The translations under genes were made by a program, and so were the position numbers. The notes under the pieces were generated by a model, which saw only the letters and a program-made list of their open reading frames with translations, did no database searches and was not told the DNA's origin. 64,000 nucleotides of DNA. Source: Dimorphilus gyrociliatus. Its lineage: Eukaryota > Animalia > Annelida. Shown in pieces: positions 1 to 12,266 of this stretch. How positions within the stretch are numbered: position 1 is the stretch's first letter; each line of letters begins with the position of its first letter. The stretch spans positions 1,461,745 to 1,525,744 of the forward strand of contig CAJFCJ010000006.1 of the NCBI GenBank assembly GCA_904063045.1, read 5' to 3'.

Positions 1-3000
1 ATAACATTTCCCACCTTGCAGCCAATTCTCGCGAAGGATTTCGAAATACTTTTCTTTTTCCAGATGTTCTATCTTTAAATTGGAAAAAATACCAAACATA
101 AATAGCTATTAATTTCAGTTGAAATGAGGGATTATAAAAATAGATTTTATCAGATCTAATTACTAACAACCCTATCGAATTGTCGTGTGTAAGAAAATCG
201 TTTTCTGAACATAATCGCATGTTTAAAGTAATTGGAGCCGTCTTGAATGACCTTGTAAGAACAGTTATCAAAAGATGAAGTATACTCGAAGAGAGACAAG
301 CTAACTATCCAAGCCCACTTTTCTACTTAAAAAATATTTTTGATCATTATAGCTAATTAGTTGTTCTGTATATAATATAACCTCCAGTTTCTCTATATTT
401 CTCCAATCTCTTCCAACCATCCTCACGACTATCAACATACCACCGCTCCTCTTGAATTTTATCATAAATCTTTTTAAAAGTGCTCGACTTTGAATACTTA
501 AAGTAGTCGCGAATTGGAGAGAACTTTGTCATAAATAACTTTATTTCCTTATCTTCGACAAGATCAGTGAATGTTTGAATTTCTTTACAAATTGTTAAAG
601 AAAGTAAACGTAAAAAACATTAACGAAAGGATTAGCACTAACAAAAACAAAAATAATTTTACTTTGCTCTTCAATTTGTAAGAAAATATTTACAAAACTA
701 TTACAAAAAAATAAACTTGATATATGAAAGCAGAAAATCCACCAAAATGCAACAAGAAATTTGATAGTAATAGATTGACCTAATTTCTTTGGTGTTGACT
801 GATAAAACCAATTAGTAAATAATTAAAATAGAGAATAGTTACAGTAAGATTTAAAAAAGTTGTATTATTAGTAATACCCTTATTAAGAGGGCTGAGAGGG
901 AGCTAAGGAGGAAGTATAAAAAAGATGCTTCCTTCCGTTTTGTCCGGGTAATAGGCATCATAATATTAACAAAGAATAAAACGAAAGCCATAAATATTAT
1001 TGAAAAGAATAAACAACTCCATAGTCTTATATCAAATACTTTTAATAGCCTAGGTAAATAGGTAAATCTTAATAATGTATAATGAATGTTTTGCTCTGTA
1101 CATCTGCCCATATACTATATTATAGGTTCCATTTACCTAACAGTATATCAGTTATTCATATAACTCTATATGTAGTTTTATAAGATTGACCGAGTTATAG
1201 TATATGAAACATTTGCATTCATTATTAAACAACAAGAGGATCATCATTGTTGTACGTTATTCATTTTTACTTACGATAATCGATATTTATCAACTCGAAA
1301 TTGTGGTAAAATTGCGTAGAGACCAGTCTCGAGAAAAGGAACGGAAAATTCTAAAAATTCAGCGCTTGAACGAGTTATTGGATAAATTCCAAGAAAAAAG
1401 TCGTAGTCCTGGAAATTCTAATGAATTTTAAATATGTACATATGATTTTTTTCATTAGTTTTACCTCTAATATATTTCTTGTAGCGTCGATTAACGATAC
1501 CTCATTATCTGATATTTTATATTCTATCTGCAATTAGCCTCCAAATTAGCTGACTATATTGGATAATGTTGCATTGGCCTACTTCAAAGTGCAATCGTTC
1601 CCTAATCTTTTCGATTAGATCTACGAAATATCCTTCGTAATTCTTGGCAAAATGAACTTTAAGAGATTGTTTTAGGGCTATGCTCTCAGTTTCAATTAAC
1701 CTATTTTCGGGTATCTTTGAGATAAACGGTTTAAACTAAGTAGCGCCAAGATAGATAGATTGAATTTTCGACTTTACGCCATCTGGCGGACAATCTATAA
1801 TTTTAATATTGCATCATATCTATCTATCTATCTAGGCGGCTTGTACCATGCTCTGTGGCAAGTAGAGGGCTTTTAGTTGAATTCCCGACAGATCCATGTT
1901 TAGATCTGCTGGGGAAATTAAACTAAAGAAGGGAAAGATAATAGAAGATGTTTGATATTTCTTAATGGATCCTATCCTGTAAGGATCATATTTGTAAGAT
2001 TCGCCAGTCCAAAATAATTTCTTCCTCCACCGCTTGTCGACTAAATTATAAACATGATAAGTTTGCGTAGACTCATTTTCAGAGAAGTATCCGTCCAATA
2101 TCTACTCGAAAAGAAAGCAATGTTTATAACGAAGAGAATTCATAGAGGGTAACTAACATTAGCCAATAGCGTTGATTTGATACTTTTGTTCATATTATAT
2201 GGCTTAAAGCAACTTTGATGAACCGAGGAATTTAGAGATTCAACATATGTAACATTATCTATCACATACGAAGCAATAGTTGCAATATTGGTATAAATAG
2301 TCTTCAAGCTATTCTGTTTAAGAGAAAATTACTTCTTTTATGTTAAAAAAACCAAAAGTGATTAAATTATAGAATGTTATTACTTCGTTATCCTGATTAA
2401 AAGTTAAATTAGCATTATGTTTAAGTAGGTCAGTAGAAATACCTAACAAACCATGATTCTTTTCCATAAAATCTTTACTCTATTATTAAAAAAACTATCT
2501 ATTAGACATTTTTATAAATATTTCTAAAAAACCAAATACAATTATGTATGCCTATATGAATAATCTTACTATATCAGATGTTAGAGAGGATGATAATATC
2601 CAAGCCCACCCACTCGAAAGGGTAGCTAAATTTACAGCCTCTTGTAACAAATATTCGATTTTATACGTCCAACTGCCGTTAAAATAAAGATGAAAATTTT
2701 CTGGATAGTATAGAACATAAACAATTCTAAAATCTGGTCGATGATTTCAATAATTAATGAGAATTAGGTGGTAATTAATTTACCGGAAGTTGATAAATCA
2801 TATAAAACACGTTTGACACTTTTCGAGAAGGTATGATGGTCTAAATCAAAATTTAAATAAAAAACTTTCCCTTCATAGTCGAAATCGTCTAGGAGTTTTA
2901 GAGTATAATTAATTTCTATGAATGGATAAAAAGAACATTAGAACATTTCTTAAGCCTATAAATGGTGAGGAAATAGAAACAATTCGATATAGGGTATTGT

Positions 3001-3388
3001 TATTCTATTTCCTCTATTTACACGATAAAAAAAAGAAAAAAGTCTGAGACTTATTGATCTAACCGAACGACGAATCTAAGCATAAAATAGCTACTCTTCT
3101 CCAGGAAAAATATCTGATCAGGGCAAAGAATGCCCGAATTTCGTTTTGTGCTCTTTTTTCAAAGTATTCCCTAATTGACGGGAACCATCTTAACTGGTAG
3201 AGAAATGGAGGTATAATAATAACTCCGTATTCAGAAGAAATCTCCAATAATGACAAGCTGTTTTCAGTATTTCTAGGGCCAATCATCAAACTAACACCAC
3301 TATCCAATAATTGACAAACTATTGTAGTGAAATACTTTAGAAAACTATCAACTATTGTACAAAGCAATAAAAGAATATTTATTAACAT
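1..3388 (-). CDS. Divergent ionotropic glutamate receptor / IR-like subunit with N-terminal ATD (multi-exon, 3' end outside window)
   Basis: Hand-spliced minus-strand exons give a signal peptide (MLINILLLLC at 3388) and ATD-like segments (LIRYFSWRRVAIL; LLQEAVNLATLSSGWAWIL). S1 reads NYEGYFVDLIEKIRERLHF and PITRSSAEFLEFSVPFLETG. M1/P-loop reads LLKVFDIRLWSCLFFSII, M3 reads KFLVAFWWIFCFHISSLFFCN, and S2 reads EIQTFTDLVEDKEI...AWIVSLSLFEY...ENWLQGGKC. Domain order matches iGluRs. Confidence 0.85.
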
Positions 3389-3912
3389 TTATCACGGACG
3401 TCAAATGCGTTATTCTGTTCTGTTGTTTTGAAAATTAATTCATACTGTATTGAAGTGTTCTCAAGCCGAAAATTTAAGGATTTTTCCATTATTTCCTTTA
3501 TTTGTAAAGTAGAATTTCTATCCAAAAATATACCTGTTGATATATCAAATGTTAATATATTTCCCTTTGTTTAACAGCTTTTCATGCATTCTTTGTTATT
3601 TTTATTGATACATCTGCAATATGACCATTTCTTTATCATTTCTTCTATTTACCTATCTTAATATTATTGCAGGAATAGAATAATAAATTGAAATATGCAA
3701 AGTATAAGTTTGTTTGCAAATCCATGACGTAATGTTTAAAATTGTGTCTATAGATGGCGTTTGCCTAATATTCTTTCGCAGGCCTAGATCTTCGATTGGG
3801 GAATATATTTTGGAATTTTAAAGCGTTACTAGCCACGTTTGGCAAACGATTTCTTCCGTCGTGTATAATAAATGTGAAATGCGTTTAAGTCGGGGAAATA
3901 AAGCATTTGAGA

Positions 3913-5107
3913 ATGGGTCGCCTCTTGTATATATTCAACCTTATATGGTTGGTTTCGTCGGTTAATTATGAAAGAGAGGGAATCTTCAAACATTATACCA
4001 TGGAAGATATTCGATTGAAAGATTTTCTATATCAATCGACTTACGTAAGATATGATCTTAATTGTGCGATTCTCTGCTTAGTTAATATCTATTGCTTCTC
4101 ATTCAATACTTTCCCGAGCGTAACCAGACCCGGTATGAAGCTATGCGAGCAAAATATGGAGACAATTGAGGGTTCTGGTTTTTATGTCTACAGTAAAAAA
4201 GGTGGAGAACATTACAAAAAGGTTCTTTTCTTATCATAATACTACTACAGTCTTTATTAAAATTGACAAACAAATTAATCTCTGCGTAACAGATAAAGCC
4301 TGATAATACGATTGATAATGATAGGGGAGTGACGGCTGCCGGATACCACAATGCAATTGCTTACCTAATCTATAATGATTTCATGCTAATTAGCGATATA
4401 AACAAGATGTACGCTAAACCCTACAAAGAGCTTCAAGTTCCCAAGATAGTCGAAGATGCTGACGATATACTGATAAAAGAAGCAATCGAACCAAATGTGC
4501 TTAATTTCACCTGGATTAAAGGTAATATAGCGAGAGAATTAAAAATACAAAGAGAATTGCTATAAATTAATTAGTCAAAAGAATATGTTTTTCGATTTTG
4601 GCAACGCCCTCTAACGATGTCTTTAAGTTGAAAAAACATGCGTTACCAGATCGAAATTAGCTAAGCTAATTATTAATGAACAACTACCAGGTTAACGTGT
4701 TGATTGTTTATCTTTTTTTTTTAAAAATAGGAAGTGGGTTATTCGAAAATCAATACGACATTCAATTAAAGAATTGGAGATCACAACCTACCCATATTGG
4801 TAACTTTAAAAGTAAATATAACGGCGTCGAAATAGATTCTGACGCCGTTCTAGAATATAATGGAAAAAGTTATTTTTTTAAAAATAACATAATAACTTCG
4901 TACGACCCGAATGGACCACTATCCGTTTATTATATTAGAAACAAAACTATACCCGAAAATCACTTCCTTCGCGTACCGAATGATGTAACAGCAGCGATGT
5001 ATGTTACCGCTAATAGAGCTTATTTCTTTAAAAAGAGGCGATTTTATCTTGTGAACTTGTCTTCCATGGCTGTCGAATTCATGTTTGTTACTCCAAAGTT
5101 CATATAA
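3913..5107 (+). CDS. Secreted protein with PAN/apple-like Cys domain and hemopexin-like repeats (3 exons: about 3913-4210, 4293-4520, 4731-5107)
   Basis: Hydrophobic N-terminus; CAILCLVNIYCFSFN...C pattern typical of PAN/apple modules; repeats GVTAAGYHNAIAYLI, IDSDAVLEYNGKSYFFK and DVTAAMYVTANRAYFFK resemble hemopexin blades. GT-AG junctions keep frame. Confidence 0.6.
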
Positions 5108-5215
5108 TAAACAGAACTAATGGACTATAACTTTGATGCGTAATAAATAATAAATAACGCATAAAAGGCCTATATATTGTACATAACAGCGAGCTGTTGA
5201 ATTAAATAATTAAAT

Positions 5216-5231
5216 ATGCAAATATGCAAAT
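5216..5231 (+). promoter_or_regulatory. Tandem octamer motif ATGCAAAT-ATGCAAAT upstream of neprilysin
   Basis: Two perfect adjacent POU octamers (5216-5223, 5224-5231) about 50 nt upstream of the likely ATG. Confidence 0.35.
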
Positions 5232-5282
5232 GAATTGAGCGCGCGCGAGAGCGCCAGCCTGTCTAACGATCAATCGGCGCGT

Positions 5283-8200
5283 ATGGCGTCGAACGAAGAG
5301 GAACGAGTGGAGTTAAACGGCACCGATCTGGAAGAGGTCGTCATCGAGAGGAGAAGAGTTGCTCCTGCTTTTGAGCCGACCAGAGTTCGAGGAAGAGAAG
5401 TTCTACTCGCTATTACCGTATTTTTTATGACCTCATTATGTATAGGACTAATTGTCTGTTTAACAACTGTGAAACCGGCGTTTAGTACGGCTGAAGGTCG
5501 CAGACAAGAACTATGCGAAGATGAATCTTGTTTGAAATCTTCTGTTTATATAACGAGCAAGGCAAACTTTTCGGTTGATCCCTGTGAAAACTTTTACAAC
5601 TATGCGTGCGGAAAGTTTGAGAAAAAGAAGGCTTTTGGCGACCAGGTTGACGACGAGATCTTAGCGGAGGTAAATCAGAGATTAAGGAAGGTGATTGAAA
5701 ATCCCAAACAAAAAGATTCTGTAGTCGAAATGTATAAATTATTATACGAAACTTGTCTGAAGTCGATTGAAAGGAAAGATAGAAACCAGACGGAAGATTT
5801 TAGGAATATTTTGAAAGACCTCGGCGGTTGGCCTATATTAGGTTTCATCTTCTAAACAGCTCAATGTTACTTTTACTAATATGATAGTTTTTTAGGTTCT
5901 TCATCTGGAGGAAAGAAAAATATAGATCTACAAGAACTTCTACAAAGAGTGTACGAATTAAGACACACGGATCTCTTTTATATTACAGTTTCCGAATCGG
6001 CTTTCCAAGAGAAGAAGCAAGTGATCAAGGTCGTATAGACAGTCTTTTATATTTATTGTTTATGTACTTTGTAAGCTTATTGATCTTTATTCTTCTCGCC
6101 TCATCAACAAACGCTACTATTCACGTAGTGTGAACGCTTTCTCAGTTTATTTCGATCCTATTAAGGCCTTTGTTACCCACACTACAAACCACTCTTTTAT
6201 AATATATGCAAAAAAATTTTTATAATGAATTTTATAACCTATCTAAATGTAAAATGTATACGATCTTTATAAGATTTCTTTACGATGAACTCTAGTTGTT
6301 TTCATAGTTTTACCAGACTCATACACCATCTCTCTATACCCCCCACCTAGCCCCCCTGCCCCCTTCTCTCTTCTCTCTCTCTCGCTCGTCTTTCTCTCTC
6401 ATCCCTTTTTTATATTAGTACGTAATTCTTGATATATTTCAACAAGTAGGAAAAAAAGAAGAATTTTTTTTTGCTATTAATTTTCCATTTCGTTCTTTAT
6501 ACTTTTTGTACAGTTACCTTTGCAAAATTTAAATAAATTATAGGTTTGCTCCATATATTTACAGTTAACGGCAGTTCAGATATTAGAGAATAATTATGAA
6601 GATTTAACGGACATAATAAAAAAAATGAAACAAGCTGCTATCTCTCTAGGAAGTACATTAACTGGTAAAGAAATTGAAGAGCAAGCATTGAAAGTGGCCA
6701 CTCTTCGGAAGGAAATATATCAGGTTAGAATAATAAATTAAAAACAAATAAATGGATTTTGAAAACATTCAAGTAATTTATCTTTTCTGTAAATAGAAAC
6801 ATTTCTATCAAATACGCTATATATGCAATAATACATACATTATGTGGTTTTAAATGTGCGATATGTACTAAATATGGTTCTGAAAGGATATATATATATA
6901 TACAGTATATACTGTATATAGTATATTCATGCATATTATATATTTTTTATGTTTTTATACTTTCTTGTTGTTCATTATTCATAAAAAAGTGAAATTAAAA
7001 AATTACGGTTGAATGAAATTACCCGCATTAGAAACAAAATCAATTTAAAACATTTTTTCTAACAATTTCTTATAGATTGCCAGTAAAACTCATATAACTG
7101 AGAAAGAACAGACGATAAGCGTTTCCCGTCTGCATGAACAGTCAAAAGAGGTTTGAGAAGTTTAGAGAATTGCTTTTTTTTTCACATAATAAGTCATTGT
7201 TAGTGTATTTTTTTCTTTTCTTTTCTTTACTATATAGATCAACTGGTTAGATTTATTAAAGTTGTTCGATAAAAGTTTAACAGTGAAAAGTATCATTGAA
7301 TTATCTCCGAATTTAGAGTATTATGGGAGATTATCCGAATTATGGCGTAAAACGGATAGAGACACTCTAATCAATTTCCTCTTGTGGAACATCTTATTAT
7401 ACTATAGTGAGAAGATGAAGGACATTTCTTCACCTTTCTCACAAAATTCTAACGAAAAAGAGTCATGGAAAAAATGTGTAAATGTCGTGACCTATTCGTT
7501 CTCCTCTGCAATCGGTTGCGATTATTCAAAGACTTATGGTGGAGACTCAAAAAATGTGAGTTGCATGTAATTACTCTTTTTGCATCCCTCTCGAGGAGAT
7601 ATTGGAATGTTAATTACATAGGAAATTTATAAAGACCAAAACAATTAAAAAGTATTCAAATATGCATTAAACATTGTTACAATTTCTTGTATATATATAT
7701 ATAGATTCGAAATATCATCGAAAGTATTAGATCTGTAATGAAACAAAAAATCGAAGAGGCGAGTTGGATGGATGATAAAACAAAGAAGCGTGCTGTAACG
7801 AAGGTAGGTAGCAATTACAAATGAGTTAGATTCATAGTTCTAATTAAGTTGATCCATTGCTATACATCTATATATATATATATACATACAGTTGAAAAAA
7901 TTGACGTATAACCTCGCTTGTGAAGAACAATTTACCCTTGGAAATAAAAAGAGAATTAACTTTTATAAACACGTAAATGGAAATTGAATTTTATTAAAAG
8001 TTATTATCAATGACTAAATGAACATTTAATACTCTATTCAGATAAACTTAAAGCCTTCGGATTCTTACATTGCTATGTTGAAGAAACAGGCCAAATTTGA
8101 AATGTTCAAGATACAAAAACAAATAAAATCGGGACGTCGTACAGAGTAGGCTTGCATACCAAGTTTAATTAAAACTTCTTAGATCTATAATTAATTATTC

Positions 8201-9314
8201 TATACTTCTATGCAGGTGGGCAATATATTTATTCAGTATAAATGCTGTTTATCATTTCCAGCAAAATTGGATGGGTATGACATATACTGCAAACATTTAT
8301 ATTCTGCATATATACTGTATTTATATATACATATATATAAATACAGTGTATATACATATCCATATTTACCCAATTAACATATATTCAATTTGGTAATCAT
8401 AAACGATTAAATTGTATTCAATGTAATCTATAGCTATCGCGGCGCCCCTGCTAACAGAACCATTCTATTCTAAAACTGTACCACGGTATGTTTTTAATTG
8501 CTTTCAAATAATTATATTACTAGTTAATTACCAAACATACTTTAAATAGGTACATCAACTACGCTAAACTAGGAACAGTAATTGGACATGAAATTACTCA
8601 TGCCTTTGATGATCAAGGTAAATAAATTATTTAAGAAATACTTTTCCTTACAAAAATATTTATTCCTAACCTAATTTTTAAAATAAAAAAAGGTTCGCAA
8701 TTTGATGAGAATGGTTCTCTGAAAAACTGGTGGGATGATAGTACATTACAGATATTCCGACAAAGAGTGGATTGTATCAAAAGTTTTTATGCTAATAAAA
8801 CTTTCCGGGGACTTTCAATTTTTAATGAACAATCTTTAGCTGAGCATATATCGGATATTGGTGGTATTCGATTAGCTTACGAAGTAAGTTAGCTCCGCCC
8901 ATTGAAAAAAAAATTTGCCTACTTCTTGAAACGAAATTCTCATCTGAAAAACACTAAAAATTAGGCATTCACGAAGGAAAAGACTCACAAAATATTACCT
9001 GGATCAAAGTTACCATCTTCAGAAGAGCAAATATTCTTCCTATCATACGCCCAGAATTTCTGCTCTAAAGAGAAAGAGAGTACGACGAAGACGACCATTA
9101 CCATTGGGCAGCATTTACCTGCATCACTTAGGTATATAATAGTTATTATCAAACAATTCGAAAGCCATTTTATAAATGAAATTTAAGACGGAATTGACCG
9201 TTTGTTCTCTCCAGAGTTCTGTATAGTTTGCAACAAGTACCAGAATTCTCGAAGGCGTTTAACTGTAAAGACGCAGACGAAATGAAAGCGAGGGAACAGT
9301 GCAGTGTTTGGTGA
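5283..9314 (+). CDS. M13 family metalloendopeptidase (neprilysin/ECE-like), type II membrane, about 14 exons
   Basis: N-terminal TM followed by LCEDESC and VDPCENFYNYACG; NAVY; zinc motif GHEITHAFDDQG (about 8584-8617); EHISDIGG; C-terminal RVLYSLQQVPEFSKAFNC...CSVW*. The ATG at 5283 is preferred over the TTG at 5235. Confidence 0.95.
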
Positions 9315-9846
9315 TTATATAAATATGTACATATATATATAAATATACATATATATATATATATATATATTGTATGTATATAAGTTAATTTGTCTACTGC
9401 CGATTTTTAATGACTCTGTAATTGTTCTTTAAAGTTAATTTTAAGTTTAGATTATAACGAAAAACAACATTTTCTTAATTTGATATTACTTTCTTTCAAG
9501 TGAACTTTCATGTTGACCTTAAAAGTTTAGTTCTTATATAATTAAGAACAGGAGTGGTACGCACATTGGTTAATGAAGAAGGAAAAGTGTCATCAATTAT
9601 TCGACGCTTATGTCAATTGGCCGATTAGTATTTAGGTGTCTTCATCTAGGAATTAGCTTTCCCTTGATAATATTTTACTACTTAGTATATGAATTTCTGA
9701 CCGTTTAAAAATATTAAAAAACGCCAATAATTATATTTCGTACATTTTCATTATTACTAGTATTACAAAATATCTAAATAGATGTATTTTGTGATACAAA
9801 AAAAATTTATTTATCAGTAGACAAAGTAATTCAATTAACTAGTTAC

Positions 9847-12139
9847 TTAGTTCTTTAATGTAATGATGGGATAGTGTTTATGTACAGTAAAGTCAAACAA
9901 AGGGCGTTCATACTCCTTTTTGCCTGTAGAAAGAACGCTCATGGCAACAATGTTATATTTACAAATTCGTAATAAAGCCGTAGCTTGTTCGGTTTGGTTG
10001 CTAGGAGGTTGTTCGATTAAAGCTTTAGCGTGTTGAAAGCCTTTGCAAGCGGCTTGAAAGAGATGTTCAGGTTCGGGCACAGGTTTATATCTATTTATGA
10101 ACATATAAAAAACTTATTGAAGAAAATGAATTTAAAAAAATTACCTTTGCAAATCGATTGTGTCTGTAAAATGACAATAAGCCATTGGCTGTGGACTGCT
10201 CAAAACTTGGAAAGGTGCAAATCTCCTTCTGAATCGAACTTCTTCACTATCAAAAGCTATAGAAGATCCGTCAGCCAGCTCTAATTTTTTCGCCCTTATA
10301 AACCCAAGTAATGCTTTCAAAAATGCATTGCATAGCATTTGATGAATTTGAGCTGTATGAACTTCTTTAGCATGAGGTTTACCCTTTTTCTTCTGTTGTC
10401 TTCTCACTTTTTTAGCACTTTTGCCACTTTGAGTTTCAATCATAGCTTCACTTTCCATTAGAAAATTATCTGCTCTGGAAAGAGTAGGAATCCACCAGGA
10501 GCAGTGTAACTCACTGATATACCAATAAATATAATAATATTCTTGAGGAGAATATAATTCCAATTCAAAACCAAGATATAAATAATTAAACATTGCTTTT
10601 AGGACATGATATAAAACCCAAGTCACAAAACAAACAACAGTTTGTCCCTGCGAATTTTTCATTAGTAATCTATGTAAATAGGTGTCTAGTTTATCGGCTT
10701 CAGCTTCCAAGTTAGCCAGCTCTTCGAATATATGCGCTAACTTCTCACGTTGCCTGGCTCTATTTTGACCAGATATATTAACAAGCTGTAATATAGTATT
10801 AGCTGCTCTCTGCAGAAAAGCATCACAGTATGCTCTTGCATCTGGATTGCTACCTATACTTGATTTAGGGACTAGGGCTGGTGGTGCTATAAAGTTCCGA
10901 ATCGTATCCCTAACAACATCAACAAGAGGTTCGTTTCCAAAGAATCTTCGATTGATTGGAAATACTAGTAAGTGTAAAAGTGACCTAGATAGGACACAAG
11001 GAGACAATTTGCTAAAGTCTTCGAAAAAATCCATGGCTTGATGAAGAAAGGTGCATTTTGTTACACCAGTTATAAACTTGAATCTCGTACACATATCCGA
11101 CAGATATTTCATAGTATCTTCGATCGACGTAATTTTTGCGTATCTCGGAAATGTTGAAGGTAACAATCTTTGATTAACTAAAGGTTCAAACCCCATAATC
11201 GTTGGGTAATCGTGTAAACCACATTCTCTTTCCTCCGGCTTAATTCCTAAGTGTATAGTGCTTTGCATAGACAGTAAAACATCAAGAATACCATTAAGAT
11301 ATTTTTCTATATCATCTACTCCACTGCATTTGTCTTTAGAGAAAGCCAACAGAGTTGCATATAGAAAACGAGTGAATTTAATACGTGAATAAATAGCACT
11401 ATAAAGTTCGTGCTGCTTTGCTCTTGTTTCGTTGTCTTCGCCTTTGTCTTTTGTACTCCTAACTTTCTTTGCAAACTAAAATTTAAGACATAAGATTTAA
11501 ATGCGATCAGAATATATTATTATTAAAATTTATTAAAACTGAAAATTGTGGGCCATTTACCTCATCTTCCACTTCCCGAAGAGAAGAAATAACTTTGGCA
11601 CTGGGTACTTCGCTTGCCATCTTGAAGCCATACGAAACAGATTGAAAATCCTCCTCCTCGAAAACGCTTGCCTTGTTTATACGATCCCTAATTAAATCGA
11701 CTGTCTTGAGTATGGCCGTGCAAAACGATTTTAAAGTTTTATCTTTTATAGCCTCTGGGTTATGCAGATACAAATTAGTGAAAACTGTTTGGGCTAGAGA
11801 ATGCCCTTCTAACCAAGTTACCACACAGGCGTACGTTGAATCAATAATACCGATTAGTTCTTCACTTTCCAGATTATCATCTTTTATGATATTGGCTTTC
11901 AAAGCTTCATCAAAATCATACACTTTACGCTTAACTTGATTACAAAGCATTCCAGCATCCATTTTCGGATCCATCATCTCGATAGCCGACATAGCTTCGA
12001 ATAAACCAAAATGAACATCGTGAACTAATTCCCCCACATTTAATTGTTGACATAATTCAAAAAAGTCCTTTGTTATATCTTTCCAATTACAATTCTTCTT
12101 CTCTTCCAGAGAAGGGCCATTATCATCGGTTTGCGACAT
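9847..12139 (-). CDS. NAA35: N-alpha-acetyltransferase 35, NatC auxiliary subunit (Mak10); exons 12139-11561, about 11478-10146, about 10090-9847
   Basis: FGLFEAMSAIEMMDPKMDAGM, WLEGHSLAQTVFTNLYLH, LGFELELYS.EYYYIYWY and C-terminal FDFTVHKHYPII are characteristic Mak10 motifs. Confidence 0.96.
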
Positions 12140-12266
12140 TATATCGACTCTTTTCAGGACGTTGAGATAGAAATTCTAGGGTCAAGGACACTTGTTGGTA
12201 GTAACCGGTGAAAGCTGCGCATGCGTACTATCAATATACAAAATAGTCGGATGAATTTGGATTGAG
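12140..12266. promoter_or_regulatory. Bidirectional promoter region between NAA35 and MED17
   Basis: Only 127 nt separate the two divergent ATGs. Confidence 0.75.

Noticed and set aside
1204-1431. Plus-strand 75-aa ORF
   Set aside because: It is antisense to the S1 exon of the minus-strand ionotropic receptor.
306-2608. Identical 12-mer TATCCAAGCCCA at about 307 and about 2597
   Set aside because: Both copies encode WAWI in two exons of the same receptor. The match is too short to claim a duplication.
10030-11939. Plus-strand ORFs overlapping NAA35
   Set aside because: They are antisense shadows of a well-supported gene.
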